DNA of 64,000 nt, filler included, from Jimgerdemannia flammicorona (taxonomy: Eukaryota): NCBI GenBank assembly GCA_003990765.1. It is 3 parts of 3 records of this genome, joined end to end, with 100 filler letters (N's around TTAATTAATTAA, not from the genome) between each part and the next. Parts side by side here need not be neighbours in the genome. Positions count along the whole stretch, not along the records: positions 1 to 21,526 come from RBNJ01001434.1; positions 21,627 to 43,144 come from RBNJ01001435.1; 1 more part is not named here. One strand, 5' to 3'. A program made the position numbers and the translations under genes. Numbering within the stretch: the first letter of the stretch is position 1; each line of letters begins with the position of its first letter. A model generated the notes under the pieces. That model saw nothing but the letters and a program-made list of their open reading frames with translations. It did no database searches and was not told where the DNA came from. Positions 12,042 through 25,278 of the stretch are shown one piece after another.

Positions 12042-13639
12042 GAGCTTTGATAGTATAGCAACGTTTGAAGTAGCGATTGTTGATTAGAGGTTGCATGATG
12101 TGTGCTTGACTTGCCAAAGAGCAACTGTTCAATTTTTTTTTTTTTTTTTTTTTTGGATTTGTTTGAGATATTCATTCACGGTCTAATAGTAGTCCACCTT
12201 TCTCAGGTGCTGGTAGCAAAATCACTGGATTCTACGGAATAAAGACCTCGGATATAGTCGATGGTTTCCATTGGTTGCTAGCCAACATAAGCGACCGTAG
12301 GAGACGTGATCAGGGAGATCTCGTCTAGTTTTGTCCAAGAATTTTCTAGGCCGGCAAATTAGGGGGTCGGCGTTTTGGATGTCAACAGAGGGTTTATAGT
12401 CGCGGAGCAAGTGGAGGGATTGTAAAGTGTGGTGGCGACACGGGTCCATTGCGGCATGTGGGTGTTGGATGTTCAACCATAGGCAATCTGTCAAAGCCGA
12501 GGCATCTTGCAATATCGTTGGAACGGTCAGGTGTCTGCACGAATGCTTATATAAGTATTGCGATACCACAAACTTGCAGGATGCTCATGAGCAAGGCAAG
12601 TAATGGCAAGCAACCGACCTTTAATTTAGCCAAGCAAGAGTGGACGGCTAGATGGAACCGCCAGAGATTTGGGAATCGCAAATATGGACGCTCACGGAAT
12701 AAATAGAGCGTATTCAGATCATTGAGTTTATTGGATTATGCCTGTCGTAGGCTCGCCTTGAAACGAGGTTTCCATTCATTTAAACGTCATAGGTTATTAT
12801 CTGTGACTTGCTGACTGAATGCTTTCTTTGCATATGGGAAGAACGCGGAACCTGGGGATAGATGGTATGTCACGGTTGTTCACACCTGGGTACGAAACGG
12901 TGAAGGAGACCTACACTTTTTGGTATTTGTACCGAAACGCGCTGCTTCGGGAGTGTTCATATCAGAAGTCGCGTTATCATTATGGGGCCGTTTCCGCAGC
13001 GACTCGGGCAGCAGCCCTGGAGACGGTTAACAATCGTCGATGGAGGTTTCTAGTATAATCTTGACCACATTTTGTTGTAGGAAATGAATTTATAACGCGA
13101 TCTAGGTTACGTTTGTAGCTTTTAAGCGAATTAGGGCACTCCCTGAAAATATGGAAACCTGGTAAACATTCATCCTCATTTATTTATTTATTTATTTTCT
13201 ACAATTTTTACCCACTTTTACTGAGGGATTTAGGTTGAAACTCGTACGAAAGGAATTCTCCTCGTTCGTTGAGTAAATTAGGTTTGTAGTACACATGAGC
13301 TCTCCCCGTTCGTGATATACACATTCCACATGAATCATATCCTCCGCCACGTGGGTGTCGCCGTGTGTATTGCCGCGGTTCGCAATAATCCGACCACGTG
13401 GCGCCGTGACATAACATGAATCATCCAGCCTGAAGGCAAATTCGAATCGAACGAACTGAATCGATTCAGCCCGAGATTTGATTCAATGTCAAACCACAGC
13501 CCATATTTTGGAAGGGATAGAAATTAACAATTGCCATATGACTACGCTTACGAGCGGGAAGGGACTTGAACCACCTAAGTGCAGTTGAACTTACCTACTA
13601 GAAAGTGGGAGCGTGTACTGCGAGCGAATTCGCAGTATA

Positions 13640-15600
13640 TTTTATATTTCTGACTTATGTTTCCGACATATTGATCTGCCAAATAGTTTGTATATTTCAA
13701 ACCTATATATAATATCAGCTAGCTCTATCATTCCATGACTGAAAGGCATTTTATTACTCGAAATAATATAAATATTACTAACTTTAGTCAGTTTAAGTAT
13801 TTTGAAATAGGGCAAAGATATACTATATAGTTTTATTTATTTATTTAATCTTATATCTTATCTTCTTTAGAAGAATCTATACTTTTATCTATATTCTCAC
13901 TTCTATTATTATTGCTACTACTGTCTATATTTATAATTAAGATCTAATTTAATTTAAATTTAATTTAGTTTAAAAATTTAAAATAATTTTTAACTTGTTG
14001 AATTCATCTTATCTCTTAGTTTATAGAGTAGATGAATTTAAATAATATAAATTTATAAATAATAATATATATATGTTTTTCATTATAAATATAACTCAAT
14101 TTGTTCAAAAATAAATATTTATTTTTTTAGTAAAAGAAATTTTTCAAAGTTATTACAATATAATGAGTTATTATCTATTTGCTAAATTTAACTATATTAT
14201 AGAATAAGATATATATATTTTTAAAAAAATAAAATATAAATAAAATAAAAAATATAAATAAATTCAATATAATGAAAATTATTAAATTTAGATATATTTT
14301 AATTAAGAAAAGTTTGATAAAAATAATTTAATTTATTTAAAAATATTAATCTCTATAAATATCATAAATCTATATACTGATAGAATTAATATATTACAGA
14401 TGATCAAAATAACTACTAGTTCTAAGTTCTGAGTTTTTGTAAAAAAGTACTAAGTTCTAATTATCTATTGCAGCAATATAGTCTAAGTATCATTTTCAGA
14501 TTTTCATATAACAGAGGTACTATACTTATATTCTAAGTTGATTAGACTCAGAATTGTTAATAAGTTAAATCTGAGAGTTTTTGATAAGAATACTACTTTA
14601 TTCTTATATTTAGAGAAAGTAGAGCTAAGGTTACAATATACTCAATATAGAGGATATTTGTATAGATTTAAAGCTATAACTAAATATAGTATATTTGATA
14701 TATATATCTATAAATATTCTCTATACTAAGTATATTATAACCTCAGCTCTACTTTCTCTGAATATAAGAATAAAGTAATATTCTTATCACAAAGAACCCT
14801 CAGATCCAACTTATTAATAATTCTGAGTCTAATTAACTTAAAATATAAGTATAATCTTCTTATTAATATAAAAATCCAAAAGTAATATCTAGACTCTATC
14901 ACAATAGATAATTAAAATTTAGTGTTTTCTTAAAAACTCAAAACTTAGAGCTGATAGTCATTATTAATTATTTATAATATATTAATTCTATCAGTATAGT
15001 TTTATTACAGACTGTTTATTGGAAATTCTATTGAAATTTTCAGTAGCTTATTGATATATAATAAACTATTATAATAAACTTATTAATTTAAATTATAGGT
15101 AATTATAAATAGAAATTATAAATAATTATAAGATAAAAATAATAATTAATATAAATATATTGACTAAAAAATAAAATTATAGTAAATTAATTATATTTTA
15201 ATTTATATCATATTGTTTTATTTCTTTATCTAAAAAAAAAATATACCTTTTTTAAAAAAAAAAAAAAAAAAAAATTATAAAATTTTTACCAAAAATAGAA
15301 TTATTATATAAAAAATTATTGGTATTTTTTTTAAAAAAGCTATTATAATTTTAAAAGATATAAACTTTTAAAATCTTACCTCTAAATATAGGTACAAAAT
15401 AGATAAAGAGATATAGTTTATTATTATTTTATTTTATTAATTTCAAATATAATAAACTTTAATTTAATTTACTTTCATTTCTTTAAATAAAGCTTTATAA
15501 TTGATTTAAATCAACATATTTTTCATATTAAACAAATCAAATACTAACTGGACCAATCAAAATTCCATATGCAACAAGTATCCATTCAAATTTATAATCA
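13640..15600. other. Very AT-rich block of decayed repeat sequence
   Basis: Almost no CpG, no substantial ORFs, and an abrupt compositional boundary with the flanking genes. Confidence 0.75.
14373..14998. mobile_element. Foldback/MITE-like palindrome with ~290-bp inverted arms, TA-flanked
   Basis: The left end tatactgatagaattaatatatta pairs with the right end taatatattaattctatcagtata. Internal pairs include agactcagaatt/aattctgagtct and agaaagtagagct/agctctactttct. The spacer is ~40 bp near 14670-14705. Confidence 0.8.
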
Positions 15601-15992
15601 ACACCAAAAATAAATTTGGTCTGTTGTGGCGGTTTATTGTATTCGGAGTTTTGTTTCCGATGACAGGTCTTTCGCTCAAATTAATATTTCGTCCCCTTTC
15701 GCACAGGGTTTTGGCGACATGTTTTCATCGCCGCGCGTTGCAGCGGCACGTCACACGTCGCACGCCATGCTCGTTTGCTGAAACGGGAGGATGAAGTGAG
15801 CAGTCCATTGGATTTGTTGACATAAGTAAACATGTCATTTGGATCGCAACAGTCACGCGTGCATTTATGTCCATATTTTGGTCTTGTGATGGCCTTCGCG
15901 GGCGTGATGTTTGCATTTGCGCCGATTTAGGTTGACATGTAGCGTGGTGCACACTACATAAGACGATCGAACTCTGAATCGACAAAACTGTC

Positions 15993-18900
15993 ATGGGCGA
16001 CAGCGACATCAGAGTCGCGCATAATATTGGACGCGATTCGCCGAATGGCGACTCACCCTCGAAACCGTTCGAGATTTTACGGCATTCTCTCCCACGCACC
16101 TTCCTCCTTTCGGCAGATCACGTAATCCTGGGCGAAAAGCTAGGTTCCAGCGCGTTCTCCTCCGTCCACTGTGGGACTCTTAGAGGCACCACTGTCGCCG
16201 TGAAGCGGATGCCGGTATTCAAGGCCAGCTCCGAGAAGGCGAGCAAAATTGCGCTGAATGAACTGAAGCTGCTCCTCCGCCTCCGGCACCACAACTTTGT
16301 CATCCAGCTCATCGGATACTACCTGTCCGACACAGCGATCTGCATTGTAATGTCGTACGCAGAGAACGGCGACCTCCAGCGGTACCTACAGGCTGGGAAG
16401 TTGGAGGGGAATTGGGCTAGGAAGGTATGGAAAACTGGCTGGGAAATGATGAGACTTTTTGCCCATTGTATATCTGGCTGACTTGCCTCCTTTTTTTTTG
16501 GCTTGAAAGGCCCAGATTTGCAAGGATATCGCCAAGGCGGCGGATTCAGTTCATAAAGAACACATTCTTCATGGCGTTTTGAACTGTTCGAACATCTTAT
16601 TGGATCGTCTTCTGACACCAAAGGTACGACCACATTAGCCTCGATCAATATTATTGCGTGCTTAGACGATAAACCAACATAGCGCACTTTGACATTGCCC
16701 TTTTCATTATCCTTTTCCCGTTTCCATTGCTTAGCTTACCGACTTCAGTGTTAGCAGAAGTGGCTCTTCGATTGATAGAGGCTCTGATCTTGGCAGCAGC
16801 TTCCGATACATTGCACCAGAGCGTTTGATCAAATCCAGCAAAGGAATTCCTCACAAAGAAGCTCTTTTGAGCGACATCTATTCGTACGCTTACGTTGTGT
16901 GGGAAGTTGCAACCGACGGGCTGCTGCCGTACAACAATATTAAGTGCTACAGTTCAATGCTTACAGTCAAAATCAACACCGGCGAACAGCTTCAGTTCAT
17001 CGGAGACTTTCCCGAAGAAACCCCTCAAGTCTTTCGTGACACCGTTAAGCAGTGTTTAGCGTTCGATCCGTTTTTTCGCCCATCGCTCTCTTCGGTGCGA
17101 GATGCCTTCGACAATTTCATCGTCATCGCACCGGCGCCCATGGACCTTCCATTCACCGTTTGTGACGACACCCCGAGATCACTCCTATCGCCAACTTTTA
17201 ACAATTCTGAAATTTCCGACTTGCGCGCAGATGTTGGAGACGATAAGATCAACGCACTCTCCGAACCGCAGAAGGAGCTCTTCGAGATCGCAATGCATTT
17301 ATACGAAGACGGCAAGTTCACAAGTGCCATTGAGCGATTCCAGAGTCCTACATTATTCTGGGTTACTCTCGCGCAGCGCATGGTCGTGCACTGTCATAAA
17401 GCCATCGGCAAGAACCCGTCAGAGGTCTTCCAGGCCTTCAAGGGATTGGCGGAACGATCCGATGCCAGAGGGCAGTTCTGTCTTGCCTGGTGCTACGACC
17501 ACCGTTACGGAACTCAGCAGGATACTAAGTTGGCCTTTCGGTGGTACTCGTCGTCTATGAGGGCGGGGAACCTTGCGGCGGCGGCTGTTTTACGGGATAT
17601 GAAGTGGATCGAAAACCTGTACGACGTCGTCGTTCAATGGTCTACCGACGCTTCGGTGTTTGATTTTCTGCGGGAGCTCTTCAAGTCTGACGATTCCAGA
17701 ACATTTGCAATCACGGTCTTAAAATGTGCTAGGGAAGGAGATGTACGTGCTCGATATATCTATGTAATTGCGTATTACTCGGGAAGTCTGCTACACCATG
17801 TCGACGAGCATGGCAGGATTTATTCAGAATTAGATGACAAGTTTCTTATCTCAGGTGGCGAATCTTTCACGATAGTCGTCGAACTCAGCATCTACGGAAA
17901 CGAGATGGCACAAAGCGAAGTCGAGAGGCGCATTGAAACAGCAGAATCCGATTCAAACGCCGGCATCAACTTCTCGGAGAGCTTTCGGCTCCTGTTTGAG
18001 GCGGCCAAGAAAGAGAACTCGGAATCACCGTTCTGTCAGCGCCTAATCGCATTATGTTACGAGCTCGGCGTCGGTGTCGAAAAGGATGTCTCAAAATCCC
18101 TTGCATTTAATTCAGCCGCAGCGAACGCCGGAGACGTTCGTGCGCAGTACAAACAGTTCCTTCAGTACCAGCTTGGCGAGGGCACGGAAGCGCACCCAGA
18201 GTTGGCCTTCACTTGGGGTCTGAGTGCAGCCGACACGGGACGTCTCGGCGGTCAGCCTAGACTCGGCGAATTGCATTACAACAGCATAGGCGCCACACAA
18301 TCCATCAACTTGTTCTCCACAGCAGCTCTTGCGAAAGCAATGTACTGTCTCGGCCGCGCTCATTTTTATGGCAGAGGCGCAAATCTAGACGAGCGAGCGG
18401 CATGTCGTTGGTTCAGCAGGGCGGCAAATGCAGGGAACGCGGACGCACTGTGGTGGGCGGGCCTCTGCCACCTGCACGGGCACGGCACGGCGACGGATCC
18501 CCAGGCTGCGTACGCATTTTTCCTGAAGGCTGCAGACGAGGGGCACGCGTGGGCCATGTACTACGTTGGAGAGGAGTACATTGAAGGCAACTATCTCGGA
18601 CGGGACCTCGTCAAGGCGAAGGAGTACATGGCGAAGGCGGCCGATGGCGATATCAACGATGCGATAATGGCCTTGCGCAGGCCCCCGCTGGCCGAGCCGG
18701 CAGCCGAGCCGGCAGGCGAAGAGGCGTCCGAGCCGGCGTCGAACGACCCCTGGCAAGTCTTACAGAAACCCAACGAGCCGATGCCCAACGAGCCGATGCC
18801 CAACGAGCTGACGCCCGACGAGCCGATGCCCAACGAGCCGATGCCCGACGAGCCGATACCCGACGAGCCGATCTATCCCGACGAGTCGATGATCGCGTTG

Positions 18901-19095
18901 CCGGTCTATCCCGACGAGGCGCCGCCGGTCTATCCCCACGAGACGCCGCCGGCCAATTGGGCGATGGTGGCGTTGAGAGCACCACAGCCGCCGGCCAATC
19001 GTTTGGTATTGGGGTTGAGGGCACCAAGCGGAGGTCAGTCTTTGTCCTCGACGCCCAAAAAACGGAAATTCCGGTTCTTCTGGAAACGTAGGTGA
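15993..19095 (+). CDS. TKL-like pseudokinase fused to Sel1-like repeats; 3 exons (15993-16424, 16510-16623, 16735-19095), ~968 aa
   Basis: Kinase motifs are VAVK, NELKLL, ILHGVLNCSNILL, LTDFS, RYIAPE and SDIYSYAYVVWE. Several Sel1 repeats follow (for example AMYCLGRAHFYGRG...AACRWFSRAANAGN). Splice phases are consistent. Confidence 0.9.
18768..18950 (+). repeat. Coding minisatellite (15-bp PNEPM/PDEPM units, then 24-bp PVYPDE units)
   Basis: Tandem cccaacgagccgatg / cccgacgagccgat units are visible. Confidence 0.85.
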
Positions 19096-19666
19096 TGGTC
19101 GACCTATTGGGATGACCTGGAATCGCGGGGTCGACGGACCGCTGTTGGATGAACTAGTTTTCTTGCGTGTATTTTTCAAAACCATCAATCTCCTCGTTGG
19201 GCTCCTTTTTTGGAAGTTTCTCTTCTCTTTTTTTATGCAATGTTCGACTCACTATGCCGCAGGCGAGCCATGAAACATGTATAGCAAGGTTGTATTTTGC
19301 TGGTTTGGGTTCGCGATCGAATCCCTCGCGCCATCACAAACTAATTTTGATATATATTATAATAGTGTCAGATTCACGATTAGATTTCATTCCGTTTCAT
19401 TTCTATTCGCAGGTGACAAATAAACCATCACAAATATCACATGCTCCATACCAACGAGGCTGGATAGCAATGCGATTGAATGAAAACATACATAATGCAA
19501 CGTATTACATGCGGGATCAATAGATCAACACAACACACCTTCCAAAACGAAGGATATTCCGACAAAATGGCCCAAGTACAGATGCCCTCCGACTCGTCTT
19601 CAACACACAATTTAATCCACCACCATCCTTTTTTTTTTTTTTTCTCCTCCTACACAACCTCCTGCC

Positions 19667-21440
19667 TCACAACAACTCATCCATATCGATATCTCCAAGT
19701 TCCTCGTCACCAAGCTCCCCGAAATCCTCAAAATCCTCCTCCAAGTCCAACTCGTCGGCTGACCCCAGTTTTTCCAGCACACGATCGGCAACCGTGAGCA
19801 CCGGGTTAGTCGTTGGGACAGGCGCTGTGGGTGCAGGGACGACGGGACTCGGTGTCGTGACCGTAGCGCCGGTGGCCTGTGTCACCACCACCCTCGCCGG
19901 CCTCTCCTCCGCCTTCACCCTCTTATTCGCCCCCTCCGCAGCGGTGGCTTCGAGCGTGCGCTTTCCGGGAGTCGTGTTCGCCTGCGTCTGGGTCTGCACC
20001 TGTATCGGAGCCGTCGTCGGTGTCGATGAGAATTGCTTGGTTACCAGTGGCTGGGCCGGCGTGCCAGCTCTCCCCGTGATCCCAACCACCGCCGGTGACG
20101 TAGTCGTTGTGGTGGGTGTCACGACCGTTTTGTTCGTTGCCTGGATTTGGTTAGGGCTATGATTCTGGTTCTGCAACACGTCGGCCGGCTGCTTCTTCGC
20201 CAGATCTCTCTGTGCCGCCGCCGCCGTCGGTACTTGAGGTTGAGCTTGCGCGTGCTCCACGGGCCTCTTCTGGTTTAGATTCGGATCCGGGTTCGCCACC
20301 CCCTGCTGCTTCTGCTGCTGTTTCGCAGTCACCGCGAGCACCGCCGTCCCCGCCCCGACATTATTTCCCGCATTTGTCCTCGCCACCGCCGAGATATTAC
20401 CCGTACCCGCCACCGTTGCTGCCTGTCCCATGCTTCCGACTTGCGCGCTATCGACCGTCTTGTTCGCTCCGACGCGCCTCAACATTGCCGAGTTCGCGGG
20501 GGCGGAGTTCGGAGTGTTCGCTACTATTGTTGCGGTTGTACTTGTGTTCGTGTTTGTATCCGTCAACGCGAGTGCGGGAGCGGGAGGAGATGCCGAGCTC
20601 GCCATCGCCGTATTCGCATTCACCGACCCCCTCTGAATTTTTCTCCCAAGCGGCTGCGTCTGCGTCTTTACCTCAGTTCCCGTTCCCGCGCCTCCTCCCG
20701 CCGCCGCCGCCGCAGCTCTGGCGACCTCCTCTGCTTCTTTCACAGCCTTCTTCTCCTTCAAGATTTCGTCCAGCGTCTTGATCTTCACCTTTTCAAGTGC
20801 GTTGCCCTGGCTGCTAGAGTTCTGCGGGGCAAGCACGGGCGGGGAGGTCCGCCTCTGGGGTTGGGGTTGGGTCTGGATCTGGGTCTGGGATTGTTTTCCT
20901 TGCTTCAGGTCAGATAGTGTCGAGACAGGCTGGAGGGCGCTCTTCTTGGCGGGCGACGTGGGCGCAGGCGCTAGTGCCGGTGTAGATGTGGCAACAAGTG
21001 TGGTGACCTTCTTGCCCGCGAGCGACACGATCTTGGGAGCGGGCGGCTTGGCGTCTGGCTGCGGGCGTGCGGGCTCAACTTTGATGGATGCGTTCATGGT
21101 TGCCGGGACGGTTGTTGCCGGTGGGGAAATTTGCCGTCCGAGCCTGTTCATGACGGATGTGGCCGGAGCTTGGGCTTGCTGCTGATGTACGGGAAGCGGC
21201 CGAAGTTTCAGTGTTGGGGTTGAGGTCGAGACGGCTTGCTCTTGCAATTGCTGGACGGGCGGCGGACGCGGTTGCGGCGCGGCGGCGGTCAGTTGCTGCA
21301 GTTGATGCTGGAAAGGTGCCGGGGCGTCCTCGGTTGGAGTCGGCTTCGTGTCCGTTGAGGGCGAAGGTGTTGTGACGATGGCGGAGGTTTGGGGTTGTGT
21401 TTCCAAGACCCGGCTTGTGTCTTCGTCGGTGGCTGCTGGA
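19667..21440 (-). CDS. Last exon of a low-complexity (A/P/Q/T-rich) protein, possibly ZC3H11-like; 5' exons lost in the gap
   Basis: 579-aa open frame with the motif VKIKTLDEILKEKK and an acidic C-terminus (EEDFEDFGELGDEELGDIDMDELL). These recall ZC3H11-family linear motifs from memory; no zinc finger is visible. Confidence 0.6.
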
Positions 21441-21526
21441 TGGGCGGTGCGGTAGGAGATGTGTCCGAAGCAATCGTGATAGGTAGAAGTTACTTAGTTT
21501 CATTTCGCCTTTTTTTTCTTCTTTTT

Positions 21527-21626
21527 NNNNNNNNNNNNNNNNNNNNNNNNNNNNNNNNNNNNNNNNNNNNTTAATTAATTAANNNNNNNNNNNNNNNNNN
21601 NNNNNNNNNNNNNNNNNNNNNNNNNN
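21527..21626. other. Assembly gap with artificial TTAATTAATTAA linker
   Basis: N run with a central six-frame-stop linker. Confidence 0.95.
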
Positions 21627-22099
21627 CAGGACATGAGTGTGTCCGCAGGACATGAGTGTGTCCTCAGGACACAGGTAAACAATCCTGATCTGGTGTCTTG
21701 GCTAATTATAAGTGTGGCGGGCATGAGTAACTATGATACACTGGAAGTCACATCATGCTGAGTAAGTATGCTATTTGTTCGCGTCATCTGGCTAGGTTAT
21801 AATTCAGGTGGTACGTTTTTGGTCTGTTACACTATATATATCTGAGCAAGAGTTGCCCTAACCAAGAATCACTGAGATCAAAGATGAAGATGATAATGGT
21901 GAATTCTCCAATGACAAAGGATCTTCTATGAAGGATAAAAAAATACAAAAGTGCTCCAATAGATGCTGAGAGATGCATTCAGAATTAGGAAGTTCTTGGT
22001 ATATACCAGCAAGCTCTTGATGATAGTAATATCAAGATTATGTGAGCTATGTCAAAGTATATGAATATACATATATTGCGACATCTAGTGAGTCAAATA

Positions 22100-24170
22100 T
22101 ATATAACAAAGCTATAAGCAATACAGACAATACGATATGGGAATGCATGATGGATGAGGAATATGATTTACTCATCAGAAATATTATCTGGGACCTGGTG
22201 CCTCTTCCACCAAACTGTTAAGTAATTAGATCCAAGTAGATATATAGAATAAAGCACAATACTAATAACAATGTAGAGCAGTATAAAGCTCATTTTGTTG
22301 CAAAGAGTTATTAGTAGGATTATGACATAGACTGTGATGAGACATTTTCACTAATATTCAAACTTATTTTACTTAGAATACTCCTTATAATCAGTATGAT
22401 ATATAACCTTGAAATCCATCAAATAAATATCAAGATAGTATTTGTAAATAGTGATATAGACATCAAATTATACATCTATCAACTACAAGGATATGAACTA
22501 TATGATAGTCTAAGTGGTAACCTTATCATAAACAGTGTAGCTATGAAATAAAAGAATTGATAAATATCTCCTTAACAATAGATTTATATATTGCAAAAGC
22601 AGATAATTTTATATATCCTATATTATAATAATAATATAGTTTTTATTGGTATTTGGAAAGATGATATCATTATTATTGCTAGCAAGAACAGGCTTAATAG
22701 AGTAAAGGAAACTCTATGCTGAGAATTCAAGATAACTAATATAGTTTATATATCCTTCTTTTTGGGGATATCAATTATATATAATAGAAATATATATATT
22801 ATATACCTCTTATAAGAACATATACCAAAGCTATCCTCAAATACTTCAGTATAAGTGAATATAAACTAGTCAATACTTCAATAAATACTTCTATTAAATT
22901 AAGGAAACCTAATACTATACTTAAGGATAATAATAATATATCTACCAAAAATAGTATCAAAGACAATGTTAAAAATATTTCCTATTAGCAAGCAGTTGAC
23001 TCTCTCATATATCTTATACTAGAAATGAGATCTGATATATAATATGTCAAGAATAAGATAGTACAGTACTTGATAATTCACATTAGAGTACTATTAAGAG
23101 AATTTTCTGATACTTAAAGAGATCAGCATACTATATACTTACATTGGGATAGTAACATTAAATTAAGTAAGAAAAATAACAAGGGCAATGGTAACTGGCT
23201 ATCTGGTATATATGATACTGATTGGGCTGGAGACTTAGATGACTATTAATCTATGACTAGATATCTCTTCTACTTTGATAACTAAGAATCTGGCATATTA
23301 TAGCAAATATATAAGTAGAGTTCTGTAGCAACATCATCAATATAGGTAGAGTACTAGATGTTATTAATGGCAACAAAGAAAGCTATTTGACTCTATGAGC
23401 TTTTATAAGAGCTCAGCTTTACTCAGAGGAACCCTAAACTGATCAGACAAGACAACTAATCTATGATAGTACTTACTAAGAATCTAGAACATTATAGTAG
23501 AATGAAACATATTAACCTATAGTATCATTTTATTTACAAATGTGTAGAAAATAGTACAATATACTTAGAATATATTCCCAAAGAGTATATGATTGTAGAC
23601 ATATTGACCAAAGCTCTTCTAAAGCCAAAATTTAAGCAATATGCTAAAGAAATGAGACTTACAAACTATATACTAGTATTTGGTTAACTACAAGATAATT
23701 TTCAGATGATCCAAAGCCTCTCATATTATCTATACATCCAACCTCATCTATGAGAGGATTACATATATTAAATTCTTCATATTTTTCATTTATAGATATT
23801 TTTAGATATATTTTGGAATACTTTTCAATTCACAAAATTTTCTACATTAGTCGAGACCTTTATTATTAGTCTTTTACTGTATTCTTTATCTATTTTCATA
23901 CTTATAAGTAGGGAATTTTGACCTTCTGCAGTCATCTAGATAGTATTTCATTGATTATATTTAGTTTACTCTAGTTTGCTTCTATTTTAATTTGTATTCT
24001 TTTTGGGTTATATATATATCTCATTAAGTAGGAGTGTTAGGATGGTAACTCAATATACCAGTATATAATCTTATGCTATTCTATCAGATTTAAGGCATTC
24101 ATTAGCCATGCAAGAAATATATAATATACGTACATAACTTCAATAAAATTGCCCTCCCTTTACAACAACA
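22100..24170 (+). mobile_element. Degenerate Ty1/Copia LTR retrotransposon (RT-RNase H, PPT, probable short 3' LTR 24035-24170)
   Basis: Decayed motifs include WDLVPLPP, YKA.FVAK, DETFS, LEIHQ, WKDDIII, TDWAG, SVATSS, MKHI and DILTKAL. A purine tract aagtaggag precedes TGTTAG...aataaa...CAACA. Confidence 0.8.
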
Positions 24171-24724
24171 TTTTTATGAACAGTTGTACTATTTCTGGCA
24201 CTATTGCTATAGTAGTTAATGTATTAAATTAGGCCTTTTTGCTGAGGTAATTGATAAAGATGATGATTGCATCTCTTCCCTTCTTAGTTTTTAGCAACTG
24301 GATGATAAAGTCTATTCCAATATTATTCAAATTTCAGATGAAAATTAGTAGCAGTTATAGAGTATCAACTAGTACCTAGTTGCTAGGTTTGTATCTTTAG
24401 CAGATATTACAGGCTGCAATATAGTTCTTAATATTAGAAGCTATTTTGGATCAATAGAAGTCTTTGGCAATATATTGGTATATCTTAGAAAGAGAGTACA
24501 ACTGGATTGAGTACTCTGAGAAAGAGTATAAGAGAGGCAGCATCAGAAAGATCTGTTGGTAAATCTGAGTTAAAAAGTAGTAGAGAAGGGTACTGCTGAG
24601 AGAGTTGGATCAAAGGCTAGTACTTACTTTCACCATCCTTTCTCCAGTAACATTCAGGTTATACAAACTTCAAGTAACTCTTAAGTTATCATTTTTGGAG
24701 AAAAGATATGTATAAGTAATTAGT

Positions 24725-25100
24725 ACTTTCAAATAAATTAAATTAATTCAAATCAAATCAAATTGAGGGTGATTCAAATCAAATTAAATTGGGGATTTTT
24801 AAATTTGAATGAAGTTTGAATTGAATCAAATTCAAATTGAATTGAGGGTCTGATTTGAATCTTATTTTTCAAAATATAATAACTTGACATAAATATGTCC
24901 TAATTTAATGATCTTCAGCTTGTTCAATTTTCCTTATACATATAGTGAAATCTTATATGCTGAAGATAATTAAATTTGGATATGTTTTCATTGAGTTATT
25001 ACATTTTGAATAAAAGGATCCAAATTGAATTTTGAATTGAATTAGACTTTTGATTTGATTTGAATTAAATTGAATTGGATTTTTGATTTGATTTGTTAGA
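24725..25100. repeat. AT-rich non-autonomous element inserted in the 5' end of LINE B; related copy at ~57350-57520
   Basis: ttcaaatc-type and gatttgaa-type motifs occur in inverted arrangement. 24975-25020 matches the reverse complement of 57352-57397. Confidence 0.6.
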
Positions 25101-25278
25101 AGCACTACTAGTATTATAGCATCTGTTGAGTATTCTGAGATAAATATTAGGCAGGGTGGCCCTAGTACATTTGAGTAACAGTATGTGGAGAGGAGCAATA
25201 GCTTGGGGGGAAGCATGAGGGGCTTGCTGGCAGAAGGACATAGAAGGAGAGGGGGCAGTGTTAGAGGACAGGAGACAG

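Noticed and set aside
12200..13420. Short ORFs with coding-like composition
   Set aside because: No recognisable motif or consistent exon chain; cannot support a gene call.
19794..21375. Several plus-strand ORFs overlapping the 579-aa minus-strand ORF
   Set aside because: Antisense shadows of GC-rich low-complexity coding sequence.
21571..21582. TTAATTAATTAA palindrome within N runs (also 43189-43200)
   Set aside because: Artificial contig-joining linker, not biological.
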